NCBI GenBank assembly: GCA_023435745.1
Contig: JAEZMD010000003.1
Coordinates: 29,923-93,922 of the forward strand
Direction of reading: 5' to 3'
Length of the DNA stretch: 64,000 bases
From: Bacillota bacterium
Lineage (GTDB): Bacteria; Bacillota; Clostridia; Acetivibrionales; DTU013
Shown one piece after another: positions 47,373 through 56,704 of this stretch; position 1 is the stretch's first letter; each line of letters starts with the position of its first letter. The notes under the pieces are model-generated. The model ran no database searches and was not told the DNA's origin. It worked only from the letters and a program-made list of their open reading frames with translations. Position numbers and translations under genes: made by a program.

Positions 47373-48404
47373 ATGGGGCGTTGCGTGTTGAATAATAAAA
47401 AATTATCCATTGGTGTAATTGGTGTCGGCGGGATTGCCAATGGAGTTCATTTCCCCAGCTTGATGAATATTGACAATGTTGCCATAACAGCTGTTTGCGA
47501 TATTATTGAGGAGCGGGCGGCAGAAGCGGCTGCAAAGTATTCAATTCCGTCTTTTTATTCCAACTATAGAGAAATGATTAAGAAAGAAACGCTGGATGCG
47601 GTATTTGTCCTGGTTCAACCAGATCAGATATTCAGGATAACTCTTGACTGTCTAAACCAAGGATTAGACGTTTTTGCCGAGAAGCCTTCCGGAATAACTT
47701 CATATCAGGCGCAGACCTTACTGCGTAAGTCCAGGGAAACGGACAGAATCCTGCAGATAGGGTTGAACCGGCGATATATACCATTAGTACGTCATGTGGT
47801 TCGTTTGATGAAAGAAACAACAAAAATAACACAGGTTGAAGGAACCTTCATCAAACATGCCTCCGCTGACTTTTATGACGGATGTGCCAACGCCCTTGAA
47901 TGCGATACCATTCATTCCATCGACCTTGTCCGCTGGATTGCGGGCGGAAATCCTGTGAAAGCCGCTACGGTTATGGGAAAGGTAAATAGTGAGGTTCCTA
48001 ACCTGTGGAGTTCGGTTTTCCTATTTGACAATGATGTAACCGGCATAATTAAAGCGAACTATCAGGCGGGCGGGCGCGTACACACCTTTGAGATACATGG
48101 TCCGGGAGCCAGCGCTTTTATCAATATCGGGTTTGGTGACGCAGCCTGTGAGGCAGACATTATCTATGCCGACGGAAAAGGAACCCATTCTATTTCGGCA
48201 GCAGGATCCGGTGATCTGAAAAGAGTTCATATTGATGGAATGGAGCTGGCAGGAGGCAAGGATTATTACCGGTATTATGGGTATTATCATGAGGATGCGG
48301 AGTTTATTGAATGTGTAAGAACCCGAAAGCGCCCTCTTGCAGATATTGAAGAAGCGGTAAAGACAATGCACCTTGTAGATTTGTTAAACAACAGTCGGAT
48401 ATAG
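47373..48404 (+). CDS. Gfo/Idh/MocA-family oxidoreductase
   Basis: LSIGVIGVGGIANGVHFPS and DVFAEKPSGI. It is a paralogue-like neighbour of the preceding gene. Confidence 0.88.
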   Translation: MGRCVLNNKKLSIGVIGVGGIANGVHFPSLMNIDNVAITAVCDIIEERAAEAAAKYSIPSFYSNYREMIKKETLDAVFVLVQPDQIFRITLDCLNQGLDVFAEKPSGITSYQAQTLLRKSRETDRILQIGLNRRYIPLVRHVVRLMKETTKITQVEGTFIKHASADFYDGCANALECDTIHSIDLVRWIAGGNPVKAATVMGKVNSEVPNLWSSVFLFDNDVTGIIKANYQAGGRVHTFEIHGPGASAFINIGFGDAACEADIIYADGKGTHSISAAGSGDLKRVHIDGMELAGGKDYYRYYGYYHEDAEFIECVRTRKRPLADIEEAVKTMHLVDLLNNSRI

Positions 48405-48460
48405 GGGAGAGATAGACCAGGCCAGTAAATAGCAATCAATACATGAGAGGATGTATAGTT

Positions 48461-49513
48461 ATGGAAAAAAGAAGATTGGGTGATTCGAACCTTTTCGTCT
48501 CCGATTTAGGAATGGGATGCTGGGCATACGGAGGGGGGAAGTATTGGGGAAATCAAAATCAAAAAGATGTTGATGATATGGTACAGGTCGCTTTAGATCA
48601 GGGAATTAATTATTTTGATACCGCTGAAGTATATAATGACGGTCAAAGTGAGATTTCTTTGGGATTAGCGCTGAAGGGAAGACGTCGTGAGGCAATCATA
48701 GGGACTAAAGTAAGCACATCAAACACAGAACCGGCCACACTCGTGAAGCATTGCGAGGCTAGCTTGAAACGGCTTGGGACGGATTATATTGACATATATA
48801 TGCTTCACTGGCCAATTAATAAAAAATCAATCGAGCATTTTACAAATGACAGTAATTTGATAGAATCACCGCCTTCCGTTGAGAAAGCCTTTGAAGCATT
48901 AATGAAGCTTCAGAAGGAAGGTAAAATTCTGGAAATTGGTATTAGCAACCATGGAGTAGAGCAAATGAAAGAGGTTCAAAGGACCGGCGCTCGCGTGATT
49001 GTCAATGAACTTCCCTATAATCTGATTTCCAGAGGAATAGAAAGCAGCATTCTGCCCTATTGTAAGCAGAATAATATAGGGATTTTCGGATATATGGCGA
49101 TGCAGCAAGGGGTTCTGGCGGGGATATATCCTTCCGTCGAATCTATTCCTGCCCCACAGGCACATTCAAGGCATTTTCACTACAGCTGGGGGGGAGAGCT
49201 GTCAAGGCATCGGGAAGAGGGCGCCGAAGAAGAAATATTCCAAATGCTATCGGGAATGGAAAAGATAGCAAAGGAGATTAATTCCATAACTCCGGCGTTA
49301 TCTCTTGCGTGGGCCATGGCGAATGACGGCATTAGCTGCACTTTAGTCGGGTCCCGTACTGTAAATGAATTGAAAATGAACATTGAAACATCTCTTTTAA
49401 AACTGCCGCCGGATATTATTGAGGAACTCAACCGTCTAAGCGATCCGGTACTTAAAAAATTAGGACCGGACATCGATTATTATGAAAGCAGAGAGAAGAG
49501 CCGAATTTTTTAA
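48461..49513 (+). CDS. aldo/keto reductase
   Basis: MEKRRLGDSNLFVSDLGMGCW.., GINYFDTAEVYNDGQSE, IGTKV and YMLHWP are AKR hallmarks. Confidence 0.9.
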   Translation: MEKRRLGDSNLFVSDLGMGCWAYGGGKYWGNQNQKDVDDMVQVALDQGINYFDTAEVYNDGQSEISLGLALKGRRREAIIGTKVSTSNTEPATLVKHCEASLKRLGTDYIDIYMLHWPINKKSIEHFTNDSNLIESPPSVEKAFEALMKLQKEGKILEIGISNHGVEQMKEVQRTGARVIVNELPYNLISRGIESSILPYCKQNNIGIFGYMAMQQGVLAGIYPSVESIPAPQAHSRHFHYSWGGELSRHREEGAEEEIFQMLSGMEKIAKEINSITPALSLAWAMANDGISCTLVGSRTVNELKMNIETSLLKLPPDIIEELNRLSDPVLKKLGPDIDYYESREKSRIF

Positions 49514-49562
49514 ATATGGATACAAATCATATCAAGGTGTTTGAATAATTGGAGGGATCAGT

Positions 49563-50594
49563 ATGAAAGCATTGGTTTTAAAAGAATATAATAAGTTTTC
49601 CTTTGAGGAGGTACCGATGTCTGAATACGGCCCGGATGATGTCCTAGTCAGAGTGAAAGCGTGTGCGGTTTGCGGCAGTGATGTGCATGGGATGGATGGC
49701 AGTACCGGAAGACGTATCCCCCCTATTGTGATGGGACACGAAGCTTCCGGGATTATTGAAAGGATTGGCGCTAATGTTGAGAAATATAAAGTAGGAGACA
49801 GAGTTACTTTTGACTCTACTGTCTACTGTGGTAAATGCTATTATTGCCGAAGAGGGGAGATTAACCTGTGTGACAACAGAAGAGTACTCGGCGTTTCGTG
49901 CGGCGAATACAGGTATCATGGCGCTTTTGCCGAATATGTACGCGTGCCCCAGCATATTCTTTACCCACTGCCCCAAAGCGTATCTTTTGAGCAGGCAGCC
50001 ATGGTTGAGCCTCTTTCGATTGCTTTTCACGCCGTAAGACGTTCCCCTGTTTCACTCAACAATACGGCGGTGGTTATCGGGACGGGAATGATAGGGCTGT
50101 TGGTTATTCAGATGCTGAAAATTGCCGGATGCGGCAAAATAATTGCTGTTGACATGCTAAAGGACAAGCTGGACATAGCTAAAAAATTCGGCGCCGATGT
50201 TTGTCTTAAGGCAGACGAGTGCGATGTTGGAGCGGAGGTTTACAGGCTGACTGAAAACAGGGGCGCCGATGTTGCCTTCGAAGTGGTTGGAATTACACCA
50301 ACTATCCAAAATGCTATCGCGTCTGTAAAGAAAGGCGGTTCCCTGACGCTTGTAGGAAATCTGAAGCCAATGGTAGATTTTCCCTTGCAGTCTGTAGTAA
50401 CGCGACAGATTTCGCTGTACGGTTCCTGCGCTTCCGCCGGGGAATATCCGGACTGTCTTGATTTGATAGCGTCCGGCAAAGTGGACGTTGATTCATTTAT
50501 CAGTGCGGTTGCGCCGCTTTCCGAAGGGGCGTCCTGGTTTGCGCGCCTTTATGCATCAGAGCCCGGCTTAATGAAGGTAATACTGGTTCCCTGA
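49563..50594 (+). CDS. zinc-dependent alcohol/polyol dehydrogenase (MDR family)
   Basis: VKACAVCGSDVH, GHEASGII, the structural-Zn Cys cluster CGKCYYCRRGEINLC, and GTGMIGLL as the NAD motif. Confidence 0.9.
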   Translation: MKALVLKEYNKFSFEEVPMSEYGPDDVLVRVKACAVCGSDVHGMDGSTGRRIPPIVMGHEASGIIERIGANVEKYKVGDRVTFDSTVYCGKCYYCRRGEINLCDNRRVLGVSCGEYRYHGAFAEYVRVPQHILYPLPQSVSFEQAAMVEPLSIAFHAVRRSPVSLNNTAVVIGTGMIGLLVIQMLKIAGCGKIIAVDMLKDKLDIAKKFGADVCLKADECDVGAEVYRLTENRGADVAFEVVGITPTIQNAIASVKKGGSLTLVGNLKPMVDFPLQSVVTRQISLYGSCASAGEYPDCLDLIASGKVDVDSFISAVAPLSEGASWFARLYASEPGLMKVILVP

Positions 50595-50622
50595 AGTAGC
50601 GAGTAATGGAAGGAGAAAAAAT

Positions 50623-51711
50623 ATGAAGAAGATTAAAACAGGAATAATCGGATGCGGAAAAGTCGGGCATATGCATGCAAATGCTTTAAAAAATCTTCCC
50701 GAATCGGAATTCACTGCTGTTTGCGATAGAAATATGGATAGGGCAGCTGCTTTTGCCGGACAGTATAATGTTAAAGCATGTTCGAGGGTTGAGGATATGG
50801 CTGATGCCGGGGTTGAATTGGTTACAATATGCACGCCTCACCCGCTTCACGCGGAATTGGCGATAGCCGCCGCCAATGCGGGAATGCATGTGCTGGTTGA
50901 AAAGCCGCTTGCATCCTCGCTGGAGGATTGCGATGCTATAATAAATGCTGCCAGGGACAATAAAGTGGTATTAGGCACCGTGTGCCAGAGACGATTTTAT
51001 GCCCCGGTACAAAGAATGAAACGTGCGATAGATGAAGGAAAAATCGGAAGGCCTATATTCGGAAGTGTCAATATGCTTGGCTGGAGAGATGCCGCCTATT
51101 ACAACAGTGATCCGTGGCGCGGCACCTGGAAGGGTGAAGGCGGGGGGGTACTGGTCAACCAGGCGCCTCATCAGCTGGATCTTCTGCAATGGTTTATGGG
51201 ACCTATTGACGAGCTTTATGGAAATTGGGCCAATCTAAACCATCCGTATATTGAAGTTGAGGATACTGCTATAGCCGTAGTCAAATTTAAGAATGGCGGT
51301 ATGGGAAGTATCATTGTGAGTAATTCAATGAATCCTGCGCTCTTTGGGAAGGTGCATGTTCATGGGGAGAACGGAGCATCCATAGGCGTTCAGACAGATG
51401 GAGGCGCTATGTTTATCGCGGGAATGTCCGGCATTACTGAACCGCCTTACAACGATCTTTGGACAGTCCCGAGGGAAGAGAGTATGTTGGAAACATGGAA
51501 AAAGGACGATTCTGATATCTTTAACAGCATTGATGCGATTATGTACTATCATGAAAGGCAGATTGAAGACTTTATAAGAGCTGTCCTAAACGGTACAAAG
51601 CCTTTGATTGACGGGGAGGATGGAAGAAAGACAGTAGAGATCTTTACCGCAATCTATCGATCAAATCGGGATAAACGGCCTGTGAAATTTCCGCTTCAGC
51701 CGGAACATTAA
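50623..51711 (+). CDS. Gfo/Idh/MocA-family oxidoreductase
   Basis: IKTGIIGCGKVGHMHA and HVLVEKPLAS. 362 aa. Confidence 0.9.
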   Translation: MKKIKTGIIGCGKVGHMHANALKNLPESEFTAVCDRNMDRAAAFAGQYNVKACSRVEDMADAGVELVTICTPHPLHAELAIAAANAGMHVLVEKPLASSLEDCDAIINAARDNKVVLGTVCQRRFYAPVQRMKRAIDEGKIGRPIFGSVNMLGWRDAAYYNSDPWRGTWKGEGGGVLVNQAPHQLDLLQWFMGPIDELYGNWANLNHPYIEVEDTAIAVVKFKNGGMGSIIVSNSMNPALFGKVHVHGENGASIGVQTDGGAMFIAGMSGITEPPYNDLWTVPREESMLETWKKDDSDIFNSIDAIMYYHERQIEDFIRAVLNGTKPLIDGEDGRKTVEIFTAIYRSNRDKRPVKFPLQPEH

Positions 51712-51744
51712 CGAGTTAGAAACAAAAAGAAAGGCAGACTTAAA

Positions 51745-52176
51745 ATGTTAATCGGGATTCCTGCAATCATTTCTCCTTCATTGATGAAGGCGCTCATGGA
51801 AATGGGACATGGAGATGAAATTGTTTTAGCCGATGGTAATTTTCCGGCCAGCAGTTGTGCAAAAAGATTAATACAGGCCGATGGTCATGGGATTGTGCCT
51901 CTTCTTGATGCAATACTGAAATTTTTTCCGCTGGATTACGCGGTTGATTATAATGTTGCTTTGATGGCTGTTCCGAAGGGGGTACAAGAAAAACCTGCCA
52001 TCTGGGATGAGTATTCCGCTATATTACAAAAGCGCAGCGGGGAATTCAAAGGATATGAATACATGGATCGACTCAGCTTTTACGAGCGATCTCAAAAGGC
52101 GTATGCCATAGTAGCGACAAGTGAAAGCGCTCGTTTTTCTAATATTATTCTGAAAAAGGGTATCATACGAATTTAG
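51745..52176 (+). CDS. RbsD/FucU-family sugar mutarotase (FucU-like)
   Basis: MLIGIPAIISPSLMKALMEMGHGDEIVLADGNFPA closely matches my recollection of the FucU N-terminus. 143 aa. Confidence 0.85.
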   Translation: MLIGIPAIISPSLMKALMEMGHGDEIVLADGNFPASSCAKRLIQADGHGIVPLLDAILKFFPLDYAVDYNVALMAVPKGVQEKPAIWDEYSAILQKRSGEFKGYEYMDRLSFYERSQKAYAIVATSESARFSNIILKKGIIRI

Positions 52177-52235
52177 CTATTTCGAGAATCGAAGTTTTCG
52201 AGAGAGTAATAAATTATATTATTGGAGGTTATAGT

Positions 52236-53732
52236 ATGAAAGCAATTATGTTGATGTTTGATTCGTTGAACCGTCGTATGCTCCCGCCTTATGGATGTGA
52301 ATGGATAAAAGCTCCCAACTTCCAAAGGCTTGCCGAAAGAACGGTCTGTTTCGATAACAGCTATGTAGGGAGTATGCCGTGCATGCCTGCCAGAAGAGAG
52401 ATCCATACAGGTAGATATAACTTTTTGCATAGAAGTTGGGGACCAATAGAGCCGTTTGATGATTCTATGCCGGAAATTCTAAAAAAGAACGGCGTATATT
52501 CACATCTTGTAAGTGATCATTATCATTACTGGGAGGCAGGCGGCTGTACATATCATACAAAATACAGCTCATGGGAAATAAGCCGCGGTCAGGAAGGTGA
52601 TGCATGGATAGGTCAGGTCAAAGACCCAGTTATTCCTGAAGGTGCAAAGTGGCGTAGGGATAATCTTGCAAAGATAGCACCGGAAATGTGGAGGCAGGAC
52701 TGGGTAAATAGGGAATATATGAAAGAGCAGGAGTGTCATCCTCAGCACAAAACATTCGAAATGGGTATTGAGTTTCTTAAAAGAAACTGCAAAGAGGATA
52801 GGTGGTTTATCCAGATTGAGACATTTGACCCCCATGAGCCGTTTTTCTCATATAAAAAATATAAAGATCTGTATGCACATGATTATTCAGGGCCGCACTT
52901 TGATTGGCTGCCATATGACGCTGTTTCAGAACCTGATGATCAGGTGCGGCACCTGCGGTTGGAATATGCGGCGCTTTTGAGCATGTGCGATGATTATCTG
53001 GGGAAAGTCCTTGATGTTATGGATGAACTGAATCTGTGGAAGGACACAATGCTAATCGTAAATACAGATCACGGGATATTGTTAGGTGAGCACGGATGGT
53101 GGGGGAAATCTAACATGCCCCTATATAATGAAATTGCATTGACGCCATTATTTATCTGGGATCCAAGATGTGGCAAACATAATGAAAGAAGACAGTCCTT
53201 TGTTCAGACCATAGATCTGGCGCCAACAATTCTGGAATACTTTGGAATTGAAATACCGAAAGATATGCAGGGAAAGCCATTGAAGGAAACTATTGCATCC
53301 GATAAACCTGCGAGGGAATGCGGCCTTTTAGGGTACTTCGGGAAGCATGTTAATGTAACGGATGGCAGATATATTTACATGCGGGCACCTGTCAGAGAAG
53401 ATAACCAGCCTCTGTTTGAATATACACACATGCCGACGCACATGCGCACGCCGTTCCATATTAATGAACTGCAGGATATCCAATTAGGCGGACCTTTTTC
53501 TTTTACAAAAGGATGCCGCATGATGAAAATAAATTCAAAAGGAAACTCTTACTATAAAACGTATGAATATCAAACGGGAAATCTGCTGTTTGATATTAAA
53601 AATGATCCTGCACAGGAAAATCCAATCAAGGATCCGCAGATAGAGGAAAGAATGATTCAGCTTATGATTAAGTTAATGGAGGAGAATGACACGCCTGCAG
53701 AACAATATGAAAGATTGGGTTTAAGTAAATAA
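52236..53732 (+). CDS. Cys-type sulfatase (S1 family), cytoplasmic
   Basis: Formylglycine motif SMPCMPARREIHTGR (CxPxR), with MLMFDSLN, FDPHEPF and NTDHG also present. The catalytic fold starts at residue 4, so there is no signal peptide. Confidence 0.9.
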   Translation: MKAIMLMFDSLNRRMLPPYGCEWIKAPNFQRLAERTVCFDNSYVGSMPCMPARREIHTGRYNFLHRSWGPIEPFDDSMPEILKKNGVYSHLVSDHYHYWEAGGCTYHTKYSSWEISRGQEGDAWIGQVKDPVIPEGAKWRRDNLAKIAPEMWRQDWVNREYMKEQECHPQHKTFEMGIEFLKRNCKEDRWFIQIETFDPHEPFFSYKKYKDLYAHDYSGPHFDWLPYDAVSEPDDQVRHLRLEYAALLSMCDDYLGKVLDVMDELNLWKDTMLIVNTDHGILLGEHGWWGKSNMPLYNEIALTPLFIWDPRCGKHNERRQSFVQTIDLAPTILEYFGIEIPKDMQGKPLKETIASDKPARECGLLGYFGKHVNVTDGRYIYMRAPVREDNQPLFEYTHMPTHMRTPFHINELQDIQLGGPFSFTKGCRMMKINSKGNSYYKTYEYQTGNLLFDIKNDPAQENPIKDPQIEERMIQLMIKLMEENDTPAEQYERLGLSK

Positions 53733-53804
53733 TCAATAAGATAAATTAATCACTCGGAATCTGCGGGAGCACATAAAATAATGATGTGAGGACAGTGGCC
53801 GGTT

Positions 53805-55526
53805 TTGGGTAAAATAATAACAAGCAAACTTTTTAAGTACATACCTATAATAGAGACGATAAAGACTTATAAGAAAAACACTTTTAAGCGGGATTTGACT
53901 TCAGCTCTGACAGTTGCCGTGGTAGCGATACCACAGTCCATGGCGTATGCTATCATTGCTGGAGTTAATCCTGTATACGGGCTATATACGGCAATTGTAT
54001 CAACGATTCTAAGCTCGGCTTTTGGAAGCTCAAATCATTTGATTGCAGGCCCGACAAACGCAATTTCTCTTTTAATTGCCAGCAATATGAAATATTTTAT
54101 GGAACGGGACAATGCCTATGAAATGTTGTTCCTGTTGACATTTATGGTGGGTGTGATACAAGTTCTGTTTGGAGTTTTTAAAATGGGTAAAGCTCTGAAC
54201 TATGTATCACATGCGGTGATAGTTGGGTTTACTGCCGGCGCTGGCGTGCTGATTGCGTTAGGTCAATTAAATCAGCTCTTTGGAATTCCCACTAATAACT
54301 CAGCTCAAATACCAACACTGGAGAAGGTTTTCTATGTGGTTACTCATCTTGATAGCACCAATATATTGGCACTTGGGCTTGGTTTGTTTACTATCGCCAT
54401 TATTCTGGTATGTAAGAAGATTAACGATAAGCTGCCGGGAGCATTAATCGGCATTGTCTTATCAATGATTCTTGTTTTAATTTTTGAATTGGAGAGATCA
54501 GGGATAAAGTTAACCGGAGATATCCCAAACACTCTGCCGGCATTTAAGATGATCCGTTTTGATATGAACTTGGCCGCAGAGGTCTTCAGCGGCGCGCTTG
54601 CTATTGCAGTAATAGGCTTGGTAGAGGCTTTATCCATTTCAAGATCCATTGCCGCTGTTTCCCATCAGAAAATCAACGTAAACCATGAATTCATTAGTCA
54701 GGGAGTAACTAACACTGTTGCAGCTTTTTTTCAGTGCTTTGCAGGCTCGGGTTCTTTTACGCGTTCTGCCATAAACTACTTCAGCGGCGCTGTCACCCGG
54801 ATGTCGGGTGTTTTATCAGGCATAACTGTGGCGGTAATCCTGATTTTCTTTGCTCCTTATGCTAAGTATATCTCCATGCCCAGCCTAGCGGGAGTTATCA
54901 TGGTGATTGCTTATAGTATGGTGAACAAGAAGGAAATGAGAAAAATCAGCAAAGCAGGCAAATCTGACTCCATTGCCATGTGGGTGACCTTTAGTGCGAC
55001 GGTACTGATGCCTAACTTGGATTGGGCCATTTATGCGGGTATTTTCATTTCCATAGTGCTTTACCTTAGGAATACCGGCAAGGTGCCTGCCAAAATTCTT
55101 GTCAATTCGAATGAAAAGAACGGGTGCTTTATAGAAAAAGAGCTAGATACGGTTGATAGCAGAACAGAAATTTTACTTATCCAGATTGAAGGAAATTTAT
55201 ATTTTGGATCAGCCTGTGACCTTGAGAGCAAATTGGATATAATAATTAATAAATCAAAAATATTTATATTAAGAATGCGAAGAGTTGTAACGATTGATAT
55301 AACATCACTGGAGGTATTAAGGGTATTCAGCCGCAAAGTCAGGGATTCCGGAGGTACGGTTATTGTTTGCGGCGTAAACCCAGGATTGCTTTCATTGATT
55401 TTGGATTCGGGGTTTGCAGAAGAAATAGGAAGGGATAATATATTCTCTTCCGAGGATGAAATATTTGTTTCCACAGACAAAGCTCTTGGAAAAGCCAGAG
55501 AGGCTTTAAATGAAGAGAAGAAATAA
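53805..55526 (+). CDS. SulP-family anion (sulfate) permease with C-terminal STAS domain
   Basis: 573 aa. AVVAIPQSMAYAIIAGVNPVYGLYTA, many TM helices, and a STAS-like C-terminus (ILLIQIEGNLYFGS..ILRMRRVVTIDITS). TTG start. Confidence 0.9.
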   Translation: MGKIITSKLFKYIPIIETIKTYKKNTFKRDLTSALTVAVVAIPQSMAYAIIAGVNPVYGLYTAIVSTILSSAFGSSNHLIAGPTNAISLLIASNMKYFMERDNAYEMLFLLTFMVGVIQVLFGVFKMGKALNYVSHAVIVGFTAGAGVLIALGQLNQLFGIPTNNSAQIPTLEKVFYVVTHLDSTNILALGLGLFTIAIILVCKKINDKLPGALIGIVLSMILVLIFELERSGIKLTGDIPNTLPAFKMIRFDMNLAAEVFSGALAIAVIGLVEALSISRSIAAVSHQKINVNHEFISQGVTNTVAAFFQCFAGSGSFTRSAINYFSGAVTRMSGVLSGITVAVILIFFAPYAKYISMPSLAGVIMVIAYSMVNKKEMRKISKAGKSDSIAMWVTFSATVLMPNLDWAIYAGIFISIVLYLRNTGKVPAKILVNSNEKNGCFIEKELDTVDSRTEILLIQIEGNLYFGSACDLESKLDIIINKSKIFILRMRRVVTIDITSLEVLRVFSRKVRDSGGTVIVCGVNPGLLSLILDSGFAEEIGRDNIFSSEDEIFVSTDKALGKAREALNEEKK

Positions 55527-55588
55527 AGTTGTGACTAGAAAACACTCTATCCTAAGAAGGTGTAGAACAAATGGAAGGAGAATGACGT

Positions 55589-56704
55589 ATGCCCCCTCTT
55601 AGCTTACTAATAAAACCGGCTTCCAGCGAATGCAATTTGAGATGCAAATACTGCTTTTATCATTCTATCTCGAAGAGCAGGAGTATTGAATCCTTCGGCA
55701 TAATGAAGGAAGATACCCTGGAACTGCTTGTTAAAAAAGGGCTTGAGTATGCAGATGGCTCCTGTACTTTCGCTTTTCAGGGAGGTGAGCCAACGCTCAC
55801 CGGTCTGAATTTTTACAGGAAATTCATAGAATATCAAAAAAAATATAACACGAAAAAAACTCAAGTACATAATGTGATTCAAACCAATGGGATCGTCATT
55901 ATTGATGAATGGGCGGAATTTTTTGCGAAAAACAATTTTCTTGTGGGGATATCTCTGGACGGATTCAAGGATATTCATGATATGAATCGGGTTGACGCCA
56001 GAAATTCCGGCTCCTTCACCCGGGTGATGAATGCAATTGGTTTTTTTAACAAACATAAGGTTGAATATAATATCTTAACCGTTGTAAATTCTGTAACTGC
56101 CAGACATATCGGCAAGGTGTACAACTTTTTCAGAAAGAATGGTTTCAATTACCTGCAGTTTATTCCATGTCTTGATCCGATAAATGAAAAGCCTGGCGGT
56201 CACGGATATTCACTGACCCCGGAGAAATATGCCTATTTTCTGAAAACTTTATTTGATCTTTGGTATAAGGATTTTGTAAATGGAAATAGGATCAGCATCC
56301 GTTATTTTGACAATTTAATAGGTATGTTGATGGGATATCCGCCTGAATCCTGCGGTATGACAGGCTTCTGTAAATGCTACTACGTTGTGGAATCAGATGG
56401 GAGCACTTATCCCTGCGATTTTTATGTGATGGATCAATGGCGTCTTGGCAACATTAAAGAAATGAGTTTTCAAGATATGCAAAATTCTGATACAGCTGTT
56501 CAATTTCTTGAAGTGTCCAAATATATTGACCCGGAATGCAGCAATTGTGAATGGTTCCAACTCTGCAGAGGCGGTTGCAGAAGATCGAGAGAGCCTTTTG
56601 AAAATGGAAGACCCGTTTTAAACTATTACTGCCCATCGTATAAGGAGTTTTTTAGTTATGCTGGCGAAAGGATGATAGAAATTGCGAAAAAGTTATCGGT
56701 ATGA
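55589..56704 (+). CDS. anaerobic sulfatase-maturating enzyme (radical SAM / SPASM)
   Basis: MPPLSLLIKPASSECNLRCKYCFY (CX3CX2C), FQGGEPTL, and C-terminal Cys clusters (CGMTGFCKCYYVVESDGSTYPCDF, CSNCEWFQLCRGGCRR). Confidence 0.92.
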   Translation: MPPLSLLIKPASSECNLRCKYCFYHSISKSRSIESFGIMKEDTLELLVKKGLEYADGSCTFAFQGGEPTLTGLNFYRKFIEYQKKYNTKKTQVHNVIQTNGIVIIDEWAEFFAKNNFLVGISLDGFKDIHDMNRVDARNSGSFTRVMNAIGFFNKHKVEYNILTVVNSVTARHIGKVYNFFRKNGFNYLQFIPCLDPINEKPGGHGYSLTPEKYAYFLKTLFDLWYKDFVNGNRISIRYFDNLIGMLMGYPPESCGMTGFCKCYYVVESDGSTYPCDFYVMDQWRLGNIKEMSFQDMQNSDTAVQFLEVSKYIDPECSNCEWFQLCRGGCRRSREPFENGRPVLNYYCPSYKEFFSYAGERMIEIAKKLSV

